Source: Myxococcota bacterium (lineage in GTDB: Bacteria; Myxococcota_A; UBA9160; SZUA-336). Taken from it: DNA of 64,000 bases. Each line of letters begins with the position of its first letter. The stretch's first letter is position 1. Both the position numbers and the translations under genes were made by a program. The DNA is taken from NCBI GenBank assembly GCA_965247115.1, contig CBDFGR010000003.1, forward strand, positions 2,528,001 to 2,592,000, given 5' to 3'. Under the pieces are notes generated by a model. The model was not told where the DNA came from. It did no database searches and saw only the letters and a program-made list of their open reading frames with translations. Positions 45,995 to 55,545 of the stretch are shown piece after piece.

Positions 45995-48661
45995 TCAGAA
46001 CTCGGCGGAGATGCGTACGTACCAGAAGGCGCCGTTGTAGTCCCAGGGCGTGCTCTCGGGGTGGAGATTGCCCTGTCCCAGTGTCTCGCCGACGGGAGCC
46101 CTGGGGACCTGGTCAAAGATGTTCTGCATGCCCACGTTCAAGCGATAGTGGTCATAGAAAGCGTAGCCGATCTCGGCATCGGCAATCCACTCGCCGTCGA
46201 AGGAGTCGAGATAGTCGTCACCAGAACTCGACGCGCAGCTGTTGCTTTGGAACCGACAGGCCTTCCAGTCGTCGAAGTAACTGAGCCGCAGCAGGGCGCT
46301 CCATTGGCCGATCCGGTGACGACCGATGAGTACTAGGCGGTGCTCGGGATTCAGGTCCTCGATCTCTACCTCGCGCCGGCGCGTGAGCAAGTTTACGCTG
46401 AGCGGCTGGTCGAGCAGGGCCTTGCCGGGAAACGAAATGACCTGTCGCGGCGGCGAGAACTCGTCGAGCTCCGTCTTCGTCCAGTTATAGGCCAGGCTGA
46501 CATCCGTTTTGTTGTCGCTGTCCCAGTCGTGCGACCAGGTAAGCACCAGGTCGATGCCGCGCGTGCGGGTGTCGAAGTCATTGGCGAAAAACTTAATCTC
46601 CTTGAGCTCGCCCACTCCCGCGAAAACGTCCTGATCTTTGATCAGACGCGCGATCTCGTCGGTGATCGAGATATTCCCGGTCAGCGCGATGCGGTCTTCG
46701 ATGAGAATGTCGAAGTAGTCGAGCGTCAGATTCAGATCCTCGGCGAGCTCGATCACGACGCCAAACGAGAAGCTGAAGGCCTCCTCCTCTGTGAGCTCCT
46801 CGCCGCCCAGGGCCGACGCGACCGGATCCGTGGGTGGGAGCTGGCCCGACTCGATCAGACCGCCATCGCCGGAGAACGTCGTGGTCAGGAGGCGGAGATT
46901 CGCCTGCCCCGGCGAAGGCGCGCGGAAGCCCGTGCTGGCCGTCGAGCGTAGGGAGATCCGGTCCGCGACCCGCCACAGCGCGGAGAGCTTGCCCTTGAGG
47001 GTGTCGCCGAAGTCGTCGTAGAAATCTTCGTAGCGCACGGCCACGCCGAGCAGAAGCGTGTCGATCACGTCCGCTTCCAGATCCAGGTAGAGCGCGTAGT
47101 TCGGCCGGTCCCACGCGCCTGCGAACTTCGGGTTCAGGCCCTGATAGCCGTTGGAGCCGACGCTGAAACCTTCCGCGCTGTATGCACCCGGCTCGTATGA
47201 CTTCGGGTCTCCGGGCTTGGTTTCAAAGGTCTCCTCGCGCCATTCTGCGCCCCAGGCGATGTTAAGCGGAGACGTAAGGAAGCCCAGCTCCAGCGGGTAC
47301 GCGAACTCGAGGTTGAGCGAGACTTCCGTCTGGAGGTAGTCCCGCGGGCGGAACGAGGTCGGCGTGTCTGGCCCCAGCGAGGCGTTGATCGTGTTGTACA
47401 GGAAGAACTCAATGTTACTGTGGCCATAGCTCACACTGGCATCCCAGCGCAGTCCGCTGGCGAACTCGCCTCGCACGCCCGCGACCCCGCTCCAGTCGGT
47501 GATATCCGCCCCAAAGCGCGGCGTGAAGCCGCCGGGGAAATACTCGTTGAACAGGAAGCACCGGCCCGAGTTGGCGTCCACGAAACTCTCTACGGTGGCA
47601 AAATCGGCCGCCAACGGCGGCAGCCCGGCGGCGCAATCGACGGCGTCGGTCGGATCGAGATCAGCGACCACACGCTCCGTGCCGCTGCGAAACACGCCGC
47701 TACGCGCGCTGGAGGTGCCCGGAGCTCGGAAGAAGAAGCCCCCCTCATTCGTACGCTCGGCGTAACCGCCAAAGGCGTACGCCTCAACTCCACTACCGAG
47801 CTCGATGCCGGAGTTGACAAAGAAGCTCCACGCGTTTTCTACCTCGGGGCTGCCCCAGATCTGTGCCAGGCTCGCGATGGGATAGCCCCGTCGAATCAGC
47901 TCCGCGGCATTGGCGCGCGTTCCACTGCGTACGGTCGGCTCGGCGTCGCGGTACTCCATGCTCAGGTTAAGAAAGCCGGCTTGGGTCAATGGCAGACCAA
48001 TGTTGCCAGCAATCTGCAGCGTCTCGCCGTCGTTGCGCTGGAGAAACTCGCCGTAGCGCGCCTCAAGGGAGATGCCCTCATTGGCGTCCTTCAGCCTGTA
48101 GTTAAGCACACCGGCGATGGCGTCGGAGCCGTACTGTGCCGAGGCTCCATCCCGGAGCAGCTCGATCTGCTCGATGGCGATGGTCGGGATCACGCTCAGG
48201 TCCGGTCCCTGCGAACCCGTGTTGAGCGATGTGCCGAGCAACGCGATCACGCCAGAGCGATGGCGGCGCTTGCCGTTGACGAGCAGGAGCGTGTTATCCG
48301 GCGGCAGGCCTCGCAGCGTGGCGGGGCGTACCAACGTCGCCTCGTCGTCGATCCCGTGCCGTTGCACATTGTACGATGGAGACAGAGTGCGCAAGATGTC
48401 ATCCATGTCGGTGCCTGCCTGCGCACGCAGGTCCTCCGAGCCCAGCACGTCGATCGGCGCGGGCGACGCCAGCACCGAGCGGGGGGCCCGGCGCGAGCCC
48501 ACTACCACGATGGCCTCGATCTTCTCGGGAGGCTCCGGCGCATCGATCGAGTCCTCCTCCGCCTGTGCCTCAGCCATGGGCAACCCGCCGAGTGCGAACA
48601 CCAAAACGAGCGTGCCCAAGCCCCCCCTGGTAGCGCGCAGCGTTTCTGGCGCTTCTCGCAT
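45995..48661 (-). CDS. TonB-dependent receptor
   Basis: IEAIVVVGSR TonB box, LLVNGKRRH, LRDGASAQYGSDAIAGV, NIFD, terminal F. Confidence 0.93.
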   Translation of the reverse strand: MREAPETLRATRGGLGTLVLVFALGGLPMAEAQAEEDSIDAPEPPEKIEAIVVVGSRRAPRSVLASPAPIDVLGSEDLRAQAGTDMDDILRTLSPSYNVQRHGIDDEATLVRPATLRGLPPDNTLLLVNGKRRHRSGVIALLGTSLNTGSQGPDLSVIPTIAIEQIELLRDGASAQYGSDAIAGVLNYRLKDANEGISLEARYGEFLQRNDGETLQIAGNIGLPLTQAGFLNLSMEYRDAEPTVRSGTRANAAELIRRGYPIASLAQIWGSPEVENAWSFFVNSGIELGSGVEAYAFGGYAERTNEGGFFFRAPGTSSARSGVFRSGTERVVADLDPTDAVDCAAGLPPLAADFATVESFVDANSGRCFLFNEYFPGGFTPRFGADITDWSGVAGVRGEFASGLRWDASVSYGHSNIEFFLYNTINASLGPDTPTSFRPRDYLQTEVSLNLEFAYPLELGFLTSPLNIAWGAEWREETFETKPGDPKSYEPGAYSAEGFSVGSNGYQGLNPKFAGAWDRPNYALYLDLEADVIDTLLLGVAVRYEDFYDDFGDTLKGKLSALWRVADRISLRSTASTGFRAPSPGQANLRLLTTTFSGDGGLIESGQLPPTDPVASALGGEELTEEEAFSFSFGVVIELAEDLNLTLDYFDILIEDRIALTGNISITDEIARLIKDQDVFAGVGELKEIKFFANDFDTRTRGIDLVLTWSHDWDSDNKTDVSLAYNWTKTELDEFSPPRQVISFPGKALLDQPLSVNLLTRRREVEIEDLNPEHRLVLIGRHRIGQWSALLRLSYFDDWKACRFQSNSCASSSGDDYLDSFDGEWIADAEIGYAFYDHYRLNVGMQNIFDQVPRAPVGETLGQGNLHPESTPWDYNGAFWYVRISAEF

Positions 48662-49025
48662 TCCTCTTCCCTCAGAGAGCGGCTTTGCCGGATAGTCCGT
48701 TGACGGCAGGGTACTGTAACGGACACGTAACGCACGACTCCCAAAAGCCGGAGAAACTCCGGAGGCGTCGAAGGGATCGGGCAAGCTCCTTTGTGCTGCC
48801 GTTGTCGCGGGCTACAGGCTTGCGCGCACCGGTATGGGGCGGAAGGCGGCCGCGGGCCTCTCGCTCGTGTCTGCACGGCCCCTGCCACGTGGCCGGCAGG
48901 AACCGTCGCGTCGAGGGTCCGTCCGACCCTACCCGCATGGACGGGGTCGATGGCGCGGGCGGCGTTTCCGTGGTATTGCTGGGGCAACCGCGGAATACCG
49001 CTCCCCATTTGCCAGGAGGGTCGCA

Positions 49026-49637
49026 ATGCCCGTGACCAACTTGTCGGATTTGCGCACCTTGTACCCGCCGCCGAAGGCGCAGGCCGGGCTCAAGGTCTTG
49101 GACTACCTGGACGTCCACTGCAGGGACTTTATCGCGCTCTCCCCGTTCTACGTAATCAGCTCTGCCCGAGCGGACGGCCGGGCCGACGCCTCGCCCCGGG
49201 GAGACCCGCCGGGATTGCTGGCGACGGTGTTGGACCCGAAGACCCTGCTTTTGCCGGATCGGCCGGGAAACCGTCAGGTTGACACGATGCAGAACCTGTT
49301 GGAGCGGCCCTATGTGGGGTTGCTGTTTTTCGTTCCAGGAATGACGGAAACCTTGCGCGTCAACGGCAAGGCGGAAATAGCAACCGATCCGGAATTGCTG
49401 GCGCCGTTGGCGGTGAGAGATAGAGCGCCGGTTTCCGGCCTGATAGTCACGGTAGAGGAGGCCTTCCTCCATTGTGCCAAGGCCCTGATCCGGGCTCGCC
49501 TTTGGGATGTTGACAGTCAGATCAACCGCTCGAACTATCCTACCTACGGCCAGGTGCTGGCGGAGCAGATCGCTGGATCCGACGGCGCCAAGATCGACGC
49601 CGGGGAAGCCGCGAGCTGTCGGGACGAACTCTATTAA
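49026..49637 (+). CDS. Pyridoxamine 5'-phosphate oxidase-like FMN-binding protein
   Basis: DASPRGDPPG, LPDRPGN, ETLRVNG, FLHCAKALIR. Confidence 0.9.
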   Translation: MPVTNLSDLRTLYPPPKAQAGLKVLDYLDVHCRDFIALSPFYVISSARADGRADASPRGDPPGLLATVLDPKTLLLPDRPGNRQVDTMQNLLERPYVGLLFFVPGMTETLRVNGKAEIATDPELLAPLAVRDRAPVSGLIVTVEEAFLHCAKALIRARLWDVDSQINRSNYPTYGQVLAEQIAGSDGAKIDAGEAASCRDELY

Positions 49638-49781
49638 CGGGCTCTCGGTGAGGGCACCCGCGGAGCGTCCGGTGGATGGATCGGTTTCGAATTGCACTGG
49701 GTCGGCCGTGGAGAATTCGGAGCTTGACGCCGCCCAAGCTCCCGATGGTAGGATGACGACCTCAAACAACGGGAGGACGAC

Positions 49782-50177
49782 ATGGACCTGAGCCAGTCTG
49801 CGTTTTCTGTCAGCCACGCTGCCGACGCAAAGGTAGAGAACTTCGATCCGGACGGCATCTTCAAGATACGCGACTTGGGCGTCAAAGGGGTCACAGACGG
49901 GAATGTGGAGGCCCGCATTCTATCGGCGGCTCAACCGTGTCCCGGCAACCTTGGGCGGCACCGACACGATGTTGAACTCCAGGTGTTTTATGTGCTCAAG
50001 GGGTGGGCCAAGTTCCATTTCGAAGGCACCGGTGAGGTTGAGGTGACGGCAGGCTCCTGCGTGAACATGCCCGCAGGCATCGTCCACGACTTGCTGGAGC
50101 ACACCGAGGATTTTGAGTTCCTCGAGATCATCGCGCCATCCCAGCACGACACGGAGTGGATAAAGGCGGTGGAGTAG
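49782..50177 (+). CDS. Cupin domain protein
   Basis: RDLGV, HRHDVELQVFYVLKGW, PAGIVHD. Confidence 0.85.
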   Translation: MDLSQSAFSVSHAADAKVENFDPDGIFKIRDLGVKGVTDGNVEARILSAAQPCPGNLGRHRHDVELQVFYVLKGWAKFHFEGTGEVEVTAGSCVNMPAGIVHDLLEHTEDFEFLEIIAPSQHDTEWIKAVE

Positions 50178-50302
50178 ACCGACCCCTCGAATAAGGGGCC
50201 AGCCTTTCCGGGTCCCCCGGGGAGGGGCCTCGCGCCCGGATGGCATTCTAGTGCCTTCCGGTTTACCACCTCGCCAGATTCTGAGTGTCCTGGTCGTCGA
50301 TT

Positions 50303-50542
50303 CTACCAGTCCGCCTGCAGCGCGTAGCAGCGGCACTGGCAGATCTCGACGGCGCACTCCCCGTTCTCCGTGATCCATGGCTCGCGCACGCACGGGATGC
50401 GGCGCGCGGCCGTCATCCTGGAGCCGAGCATCTCGCCGCAGATCTGGAAGCAGTCGCCGCTCTTCTGCCGGTCTGACGCCGGGATCGTCCCGCAGGCGAC
50501 CAGAGCTCCGAGGCAGAGGCCGAGTACGCCGAGCCGCATCAT
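50303..50542 (-). CDS. Small Cys-rich lipoprotein
   Basis: MMRLGVLGLCLGALVAC lipobox, seven further Cys, ATGA overlap. Confidence 0.6.
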   Translation of the reverse strand: MMRLGVLGLCLGALVACGTIPASDRQKSGDCFQICGEMLGSRMTAARRIPCVREPWITENGECAVEICQCRCYALQADW

Positions 50543-50682
50543 GGCCCCGGGGGGTCCGGATCGAGCGCGAGGCTGGCTACGAGCAGCACGATCGTCACTG
50601 CGAAGGCGCCGACGCACAGGGAGCCGAGCGCGATCCCCGCAACTCTGCGCGCGGGGCTCAGCGCGGAGCTGGCGCACATCAT
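50539..50682 (-). CDS. Small single-TM protein
   Basis: MMCASSALSPARRVAGIALGSLCVGAFAVTIVLLVASLAL; ATGA overlaps at both ends. Confidence 0.5.
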   Translation of the reverse strand: MMCASSALSPARRVAGIALGSLCVGAFAVTIVLLVASLALDPDPPGP

Positions 50683-51095
50683 CGAGTCTCGGACGCCAGC
50701 GCCCTCATCCAGCCTGGCATCGCCATGCCGTGGCGGCAGCACTCGGCGGCTTCCGGTCCGCAGGTGTCGTAAGCGCCGAAGTTCCCGCCCAAAAAGACCG
50801 CGCGGTGGTAGAGGAACCGGATCCAGCGCCAGCGCCACGGGAGCGATGTGCGGATGTTCTCTCTGAGCTCCCCATCGGCGTCGTTCTTGCGCTGCCACGT
50901 CATCGAGCCGGCCGGGTGACAGCGGGTGCAGTACCTCCAGTCGTGGATCCGGCAGGCCCAGCGGAAGTCGAAGCCGAAGAGCTCGTCCGGCGAGCTCGAG
51001 CAGCCGTCGTCCCGAAAGTGCTCCGGGATCTCTGCGAGCGTCCGCTTCGCCTCCTCCGGGATCGGCCGCTGCGATCGGCCGCTTAGAAGCCCCAT
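50679..51095 (-). CDS. Phospholipase A2-like protein
   Basis: DGCSSSPD...FDFRWACRIHDWRY...AD motif pattern of prokaryotic PLA2. Confidence 0.65.
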   Translation of the reverse strand: MGLLSGRSQRPIPEEAKRTLAEIPEHFRDDGCSSSPDELFGFDFRWACRIHDWRYCTRCHPAGSMTWQRKNDADGELRENIRTSLPWRWRWIRFLYHRAVFLGGNFGAYDTCGPEAAECCRHGMAMPGWMRALASETR

Positions 51096-51113
51096 TCCCT
51101 TCTCACCCCCCGC

Positions 51114-51386
51114 TCACTCATCGACCGTGACGCGGCCCGTGATCGGGACCTCGTCCGTTACGGCAGCGGGTTTGTCGCTGCATCCGACCCGCGGGACCTC
51201 GTCCGTTACAGCAGCGGGTTTGTCGCTGCATCCGACCCGCAGGGCGTTGCCCATGACCTCGAGCTCGGCCTCGGCGCCGCCCTCAAAGCCGCAGACATCC
51301 CACATCACCCAGCCGTGCTCTCCTGGCCCGATATGCATCGCACAGGCGGGCAGGAGCAGCATCAACGCGATCATCGCGATCCCCAT
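51114..51386 (-). CDS. Lysis-region lipoprotein (spanin-like position)
   Basis: LLLPAC lipobox, immediately downstream of the endolysin. Confidence 0.6.
   Translation of the reverse strand: MGIAMIALMLLLPACAMHIGPGEHGWVMWDVCGFEGGAEAELEVMGNALRVGCSDKPAAVTDEVPRVGCSDKPAAVTDEVPITGRVTVDE
51144..51239. repeat. 48-bp tandem duplication (1 mismatch)
   Basis: 51144-51191 and 51192-51239, encoding RVGCSDKPAAVTDEVP twice. Confidence 0.9.
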
Positions 51387-51806
51387 TTATGATCCCTCCG
51401 ATACGGTCGACTTGTCGTCGAATTCCAGATGAACGTGACCGACGAGGACGCGCTCTCCCTTGCGTTCTCCGGTCCGGATCTCATGCAGGTGCTCTTCGTA
51501 GACGACGTCGTACCGGCGCTTGCCGTGCTTCGCCTCGAGGCGGCCCTGGATCCGGCCAGCCCATGCCGGGCCTTCGATCTCCCACGGCTTCACCAGGTTC
51601 CACACTCGGATGTCGAAGGCCTGGTCGTCGTAGTGCCGGCTACCCTTCTTGTGCTTCCCATCGTTCGCGCTCGTGATCACGATGCGGCCGTCGGTCATCA
51701 CGGGCGCGGTGTCCTGCGCCGCGTGGAGCATCGCAACCACCTCGGGCTCGAAGTGGCCAGCGTTCAGCTGCACGTCGCCGTTCTTGATCTGGAGCATGGA
51801 CCGCAT
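51387..51806 (-). CDS. Peptidase M15-type endolysin
   Basis: ITSANDGKH..GSRHY..QAFDIR...HVHLE zinc motif. Confidence 0.8.
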   Translation of the reverse strand: MRSMLQIKNGDVQLNAGHFEPEVVAMLHAAQDTAPVMTDGRIVITSANDGKHKKGSRHYDDQAFDIRVWNLVKPWEIEGPAWAGRIQGRLEAKHGKRRYDVVYEEHLHEIRTGERKGERVLVGHVHLEFDDKSTVSEGS

Positions 51807-51853
51807 GGAGCACCTCCTGGTCGACCACGCCTCAGCCGGAAGCGGCGATCAGA

Positions 51854-52144
51854 TCACCTCGGTTGAAGGCACTCCTGCCACGTGCGCCCCGTCTCCAGCA
51901 CGCACTCCTCCGCCTCGTCTAGCATCTTCTGGCGCATCTTCTGCTGCTCGATGTAGGTCATTACTTCGCCGAAGACCTTGTTCTGGACTTCGACCTGGGA
52001 GGCGAGAGCCCCACCGATCTGCTCGTGCACCTTCGCCGCGGACTCTTCGAAGGCAACGCGCTGCCCACCCCAGTAGAAGAGGCTTCCCGTCGGCGTAATG
52101 ATCGCGAACGCCGCGCCCACGACCTTTCCCCATCCGTTCAGCAT
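51854..52144 (-). CDS. Membrane protein, putative holin
   Basis: N-terminal TM plus coiled coil, directly upstream of the endolysin. Confidence 0.5.
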   Translation of the reverse strand: MLNGWGKVVGAAFAIITPTGSLFYWGGQRVAFEESAAKVHEQIGGALASQVEVQNKVFGEVMTYIEQQKMRQKMLDEAEECVLETGRTWQECLQPR

Positions 52145-52161
52145 GTCCGCCTCCTCAGGAT

Positions 52162-52464
52162 CTACTGCACAAGCCTGGCGATGGTTCCGATCAGTGTGAG
52201 CCGCGTTCCGTGGCGGGCGGGGAATTCCGCGAACGGATCGGCGTAGAACTCCACGCCGACCAGGGCGTTGCCACCCGCGTGCTCGATCCTCGACTTACTG
52301 AGCGAGATCAGGCAGCGGAAGCCCGAGTCCGTCCTCTCTCCTCTTGAGGAGCGGGGCTCGTCGGGTACGAAGACCGACAGGTTCAGGTTCCCGAAATAGC
52401 TCGCCGCGTGGCGTCCGCTCACCCAGGGGCTGGTGTAGAACTCGATCTCGGTCTGCTCCACCAT
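52162..52464 (-). CDS. Hypothetical protein, YbjQ-like
   Basis: AGGNALVGVEF...LIGTIARL. Confidence 0.5.
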   Translation of the reverse strand: MVEQTEIEFYTSPWVSGRHAASYFGNLNLSVFVPDEPRSSRGERTDSGFRCLISLSKSRIEHAGGNALVGVEFYADPFAEFPARHGTRLTLIGTIARLVQ

Positions 52465-52489
52465 CCCAACTCCGTCGGGGGATCAATCC

Positions 52490-53350
52490 CTAGAAGCTCG
52501 TCCTTCCCCAGCCCCACCAGGTGGCACCGTCGTAGTAGAAGAAGGCGATGTTCCCCTTGTTCGCTCCGGTGTTCCAGCTGGGTTCGGAGCCTCCTTCCCA
52601 GGTCACGGTCGGCCAAGTCACGGCGCGGCCACCCGTCGCGTCCTGGATCATCCGTACGGCAACCTGTGCAGGCCCGCGCGGCGCAACGAAGGTGAAGGTC
52701 ACGGCTTCGGTCAGCGTGATCTTCGCCTTGTGACCGACCTTGAAATCGATCGTCGCCGCGCCGCCTGAGGAGGTGATGCTCTGCTCGTTCAGCAGTGTCT
52801 GCGTGAACGCGGTATCGAGCTGATCCGCAAGCTCCCCGAGGAAGGTCAATGCCTCGAGATCCCCGACCCTCACCTTGTTGAAGTTTAGGAGCGTCGAGAA
52901 GTCCGTCACGATGGCGTACTCGCGCTCGTTGAGCGTGGACTCCTGGTAGTTCCCGGTAAGGGTGAAGTTGTCCGTCCCGATCGTGCTCGAGAGGTAGTAG
53001 AGGATTCCGGAGTTCTCGATCGAGAAGGGATCCCCGGCGGCGACGCTCGACGAGAAATCTAGCCCGTTGGACGCGGTCGCCAGCGTGTCGATGACGACCG
53101 TCGTCCCCGACCCTCCCCCCGTGATCGTATCGCCGGCAGCAGGGAGCGCTCCGGAGGTTCGGTAGAAGAAGAGCTGCGAGCCGCCCGTGTCGTCGCGTAC
53201 GAAGACGCCAACTCCATCCACAGCCCAGGACAGGGCTTCGGCTGCAGTGAAGGGACCGCCGACCTTCGATACGTAGTCGACCGTCCAGATGTGGCGCACG
53301 ACAGCCGAGCCGTTCTGGACGCGGACCGTACCTTGGTTGAGCTGTGCCAT
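52490..53350 (-). CDS. Tail fibre-associated protein
   Basis: GTVRVQNGS N-terminus, QDATGGRAVTWP..W C-terminal domain. Confidence 0.75.
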   Translation of the reverse strand: MAQLNQGTVRVQNGSAVVRHIWTVDYVSKVGGPFTAAEALSWAVDGVGVFVRDDTGGSQLFFYRTSGALPAAGDTITGGGSGTTVVIDTLATASNGLDFSSSVAAGDPFSIENSGILYYLSSTIGTDNFTLTGNYQESTLNEREYAIVTDFSTLLNFNKVRVGDLEALTFLGELADQLDTAFTQTLLNEQSITSSGGAATIDFKVGHKAKITLTEAVTFTFVAPRGPAQVAVRMIQDATGGRAVTWPTVTWEGGSEPSWNTGANKGNIAFFYYDGATWWGWGRTSF

Positions 53351-53599
53351 CTACGGGGTCCTTGCTCTCGGCCTACGGCGGTTCCTAATCTTCGTCTTGA
53401 TCTGGTCCCTCGTCTGCCCGGTAGCCGTGGCCAATTCGTCGACGAGGACGTCCAAGACGGCGTACCCTTCTAGGTCCTCGTCTGTGGCGTCGGTGGTGAG
53501 GAGGAGATTCGCGGTCCACTCCGCCTCGATCTCGTCGATCTCGGCCTGCCTAAGATTGACGCGAATCCCGTTTACCATCCTGTGAGTGGCGGTGGCCAC
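53351..53599 (-). CDS. Phage hypothetical protein (fibre-associated)
   Basis: HRMVNGIRVNL..EI.E.EAEW. Confidence 0.65.
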   Translation of the reverse strand: MATATHRMVNGIRVNLRQAEIDEIEAEWTANLLLTTDATDEDLEGYAVLDVLVDELATATGQTRDQIKTKIRNRRRPRARTP

Positions 53600-53601
53600 G
53601 A

Positions 53602-55545
53602 TCAGGGTCCTCCGATCCCGAACAGCCGAATGCGTCCCGAGCTCATGTTGCCCGAGCTCATCAGGATCCGGATGTCCGTGATCTGGGACCCGCTGCTCTG
53701 ATTACCGCCAAAGAGCGAAGTCTGCGAGGTGTTGCCCGCCGCGTCCTGCACACCCGTCCCGATGATCCCGAAGCACGGTCCTCCTGACGCCATCCCGTAT
53801 ATCTGGAACTTACAGTTCCAGCCCTCGCCCGTAGCCGTGCCCACTCCCTCATTCACCGTACTGCCATTGAGGGCAATTGCGGTGGCACTGTTAAGCTGTC
53901 GAGTACCCAACCCGAATTCGTTGTGGTTCAGGCACCGCCAACTATACGTAGTGGTCGTGAGAAAATTGCTGCCACCATCAGTACTGACACGTACCCACAC
54001 GAATGTATCATCAGTAGCCGGTACAAGATCCTCGATGAAGACCTCATAGGCACCGTACCCCTGGTCGATGTCGAAGTCCGCAGTAGCCGTGCTGCTCAGA
54101 GCGGTGTTAACGAGTTGCTCGCCCTGGGTCATCTTGATCATCTCGTCCAGGCTGAGCGTGCCCAACGTGATGCGAGAGGCTGTGATGGTTCGGGTGGCTA
54201 TATCTCCCGCAACGATGGTCGCTGCCGCAATCTGAGTTGTGGTGATCGTTCCAGCGACGAGCTTTCCACCTGTGATCGTCGCGCTGGCGATGTTGGCGGC
54301 CTGAATCGTGTTCGCCGCGATTTGCGTGGTGGTGATCGTCGCGGCCGCGATCTCTGTGGCAGTGATCGTATTCGCTGCGATCTTGGCGGCGGTAATCGTG
54401 TTGGCGGCGATCTCGCCAGCGGTGATCGTGAGTGCGAGAATCTCGGCCGCAGTGATTGTGTTCGCCGCAATGTTGCCGGCGAGGATCGTGTTCGCCGCGA
54501 TCTCATTCGTCGTGATCGTGGCGGCGAGGATCTCGGCCGCCGTGAGCGTGTTGGCCAGGACATGCGCGGCCGTGATCTCGTTCGGCCCGATGTGGACCCC
54601 GAGGATCTCGTCGAGGCCGACGAACTCCGAGACTGCCAGCGCCCGGGCATCGAACGAGTCCCACAGGTAGACCATGGACTCTGCCGGCGCCGGCGTGTTG
54701 AGACGGGGACCGAAGGTCGCGTAAGCGGAACCCGAAGGGGCAGTCGCGCGGACCGACACGGTGCCCCAGGAGCCGACCGGAGGTTCTATCGCCCCGCCGG
54801 TCGTCTCTCCGAGGGATGCCCCGTCCTTGTCGTAGAAGATGATGGACGCGCGAGCGTAAGACCCATTGGAATCGGCTACGAGGCGAACCCGGCCCTGGAC
54901 GGCAAACCCCTCGCCCTCGGCCGCCTCGATGAACTTGCCGGAGACGAACGCTCCCTTCGAACCTCCTGGGGCGTTCGCTTCGGCGCGGGCGGTCGAAGTC
55001 TGCCCGGAAGACTGGAACCGGCCCATCTGGAGGCCGTGGAAGGGCGTACTGGCGCCTTCCGTCGCGACCACATCCCACGTGCCGCCGCCCGACGTCGTCG
55101 CCCATTGGTCCGAAAGGTTGGTCCCCTCAAACGAGGGGTCCGCGACCAGATTGTCGAGTCTTGCGATACCGAGCTGCTCGAGCGTGACGCTCAAGTCGGC
55201 GATGTCTTGGTCGACGAGCGACGCCGTCGTGTGCGAGAGCTCGGAGCTGACATTCAGCAGCGCCGGGTTCTCGGTGAAGTCGTCGTAGGCGGCGACCTTC
55301 AGGTAGTAGGTCGTCCCCGGCTCGACATCGATGATCGCCGGCTTCGCGTTCCCCCGGTAGACGAGAGTCGTCTCGTCGGTGGCAAAGCCCGGGCTCTTGC
55401 TCATCCAGACCAGGATCCCGGCCCAGTCCGCGTCCACGGGTGTCGCGTAGCGGAGGAAGAGTGTCTCGAACGTCGAGGTGATCTGGACGTTGCTGAGCGC
55501 CCGCGGTGCCGGGTTCTGCACCGTCAGGAGCGTGAACTCGCTCAT
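53602..55545 (-). CDS. Tail fibre: FN3-like, carbohydrate-binding-like and decapeptide-repeat domains (probably the frameshifted 3' part of TipJ)
   Basis: GTTYYLKVAAYD, NLVADPSFE, about 15 ANTITAAEIA-like repeats. Confidence 0.8.
   Translation of the reverse strand: MSEFTLLTVQNPAPRALSNVQITSTFETLFLRYATPVDADWAGILVWMSKSPGFATDETTLVYRGNAKPAIIDVEPGTTYYLKVAAYDDFTENPALLNVSSELSHTTASLVDQDIADLSVTLEQLGIARLDNLVADPSFEGTNLSDQWATTSGGGTWDVVATEGASTPFHGLQMGRFQSSGQTSTARAEANAPGGSKGAFVSGKFIEAAEGEGFAVQGRVRLVADSNGSYARASIIFYDKDGASLGETTGGAIEPPVGSWGTVSVRATAPSGSAYATFGPRLNTPAPAESMVYLWDSFDARALAVSEFVGLDEILGVHIGPNEITAAHVLANTLTAAEILAATITTNEIAANTILAGNIAANTITAAEILALTITAGEIAANTITAAKIAANTITATEIAAATITTTQIAANTIQAANIASATITGGKLVAGTITTTQIAAATIVAGDIATRTITASRITLGTLSLDEMIKMTQGEQLVNTALSSTATADFDIDQGYGAYEVFIEDLVPATDDTFVWVRVSTDGGSNFLTTTTYSWRCLNHNEFGLGTRQLNSATAIALNGSTVNEGVGTATGEGWNCKFQIYGMASGGPCFGIIGTGVQDAAGNTSQTSLFGGNQSSGSQITDIRILMSSGNMSSGRIRLFGIGGP
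54135..54615 (-). repeat. 30-bp coding tandem repeat (ANTITAAEIA-like decapeptide, about 15 units)
   Basis: Seen directly in the translation; boundaries approximate. Confidence 0.8.

Noticed and set aside
48662..49025. Cobalamin riboswitch upstream of the TonB receptor
   Set aside because: GC-rich hairpins are present, but no recognisable B12-box motifs.
50240..50290. tRNA 5' remnant or second att site
   Set aside because: Only a vague GGCGAGGTGG resemblance on the minus strand; no cloverleaf and no match to the 36454 fragment.
51390..51425. Additional junction site at the endolysin 3' end (TCGACGA-CAAGTCGA-CCGTATC-GGAGG on the minus strand)
   Set aside because: 8-bp spacer and weak arms; could be chance in GC-rich DNA.
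53602..55545. Diversity-generating retroelement or invertible tail-fibre shufflon
   Set aside because: No reverse transcriptase, template/variable repeat pair or invertase seen in the window.
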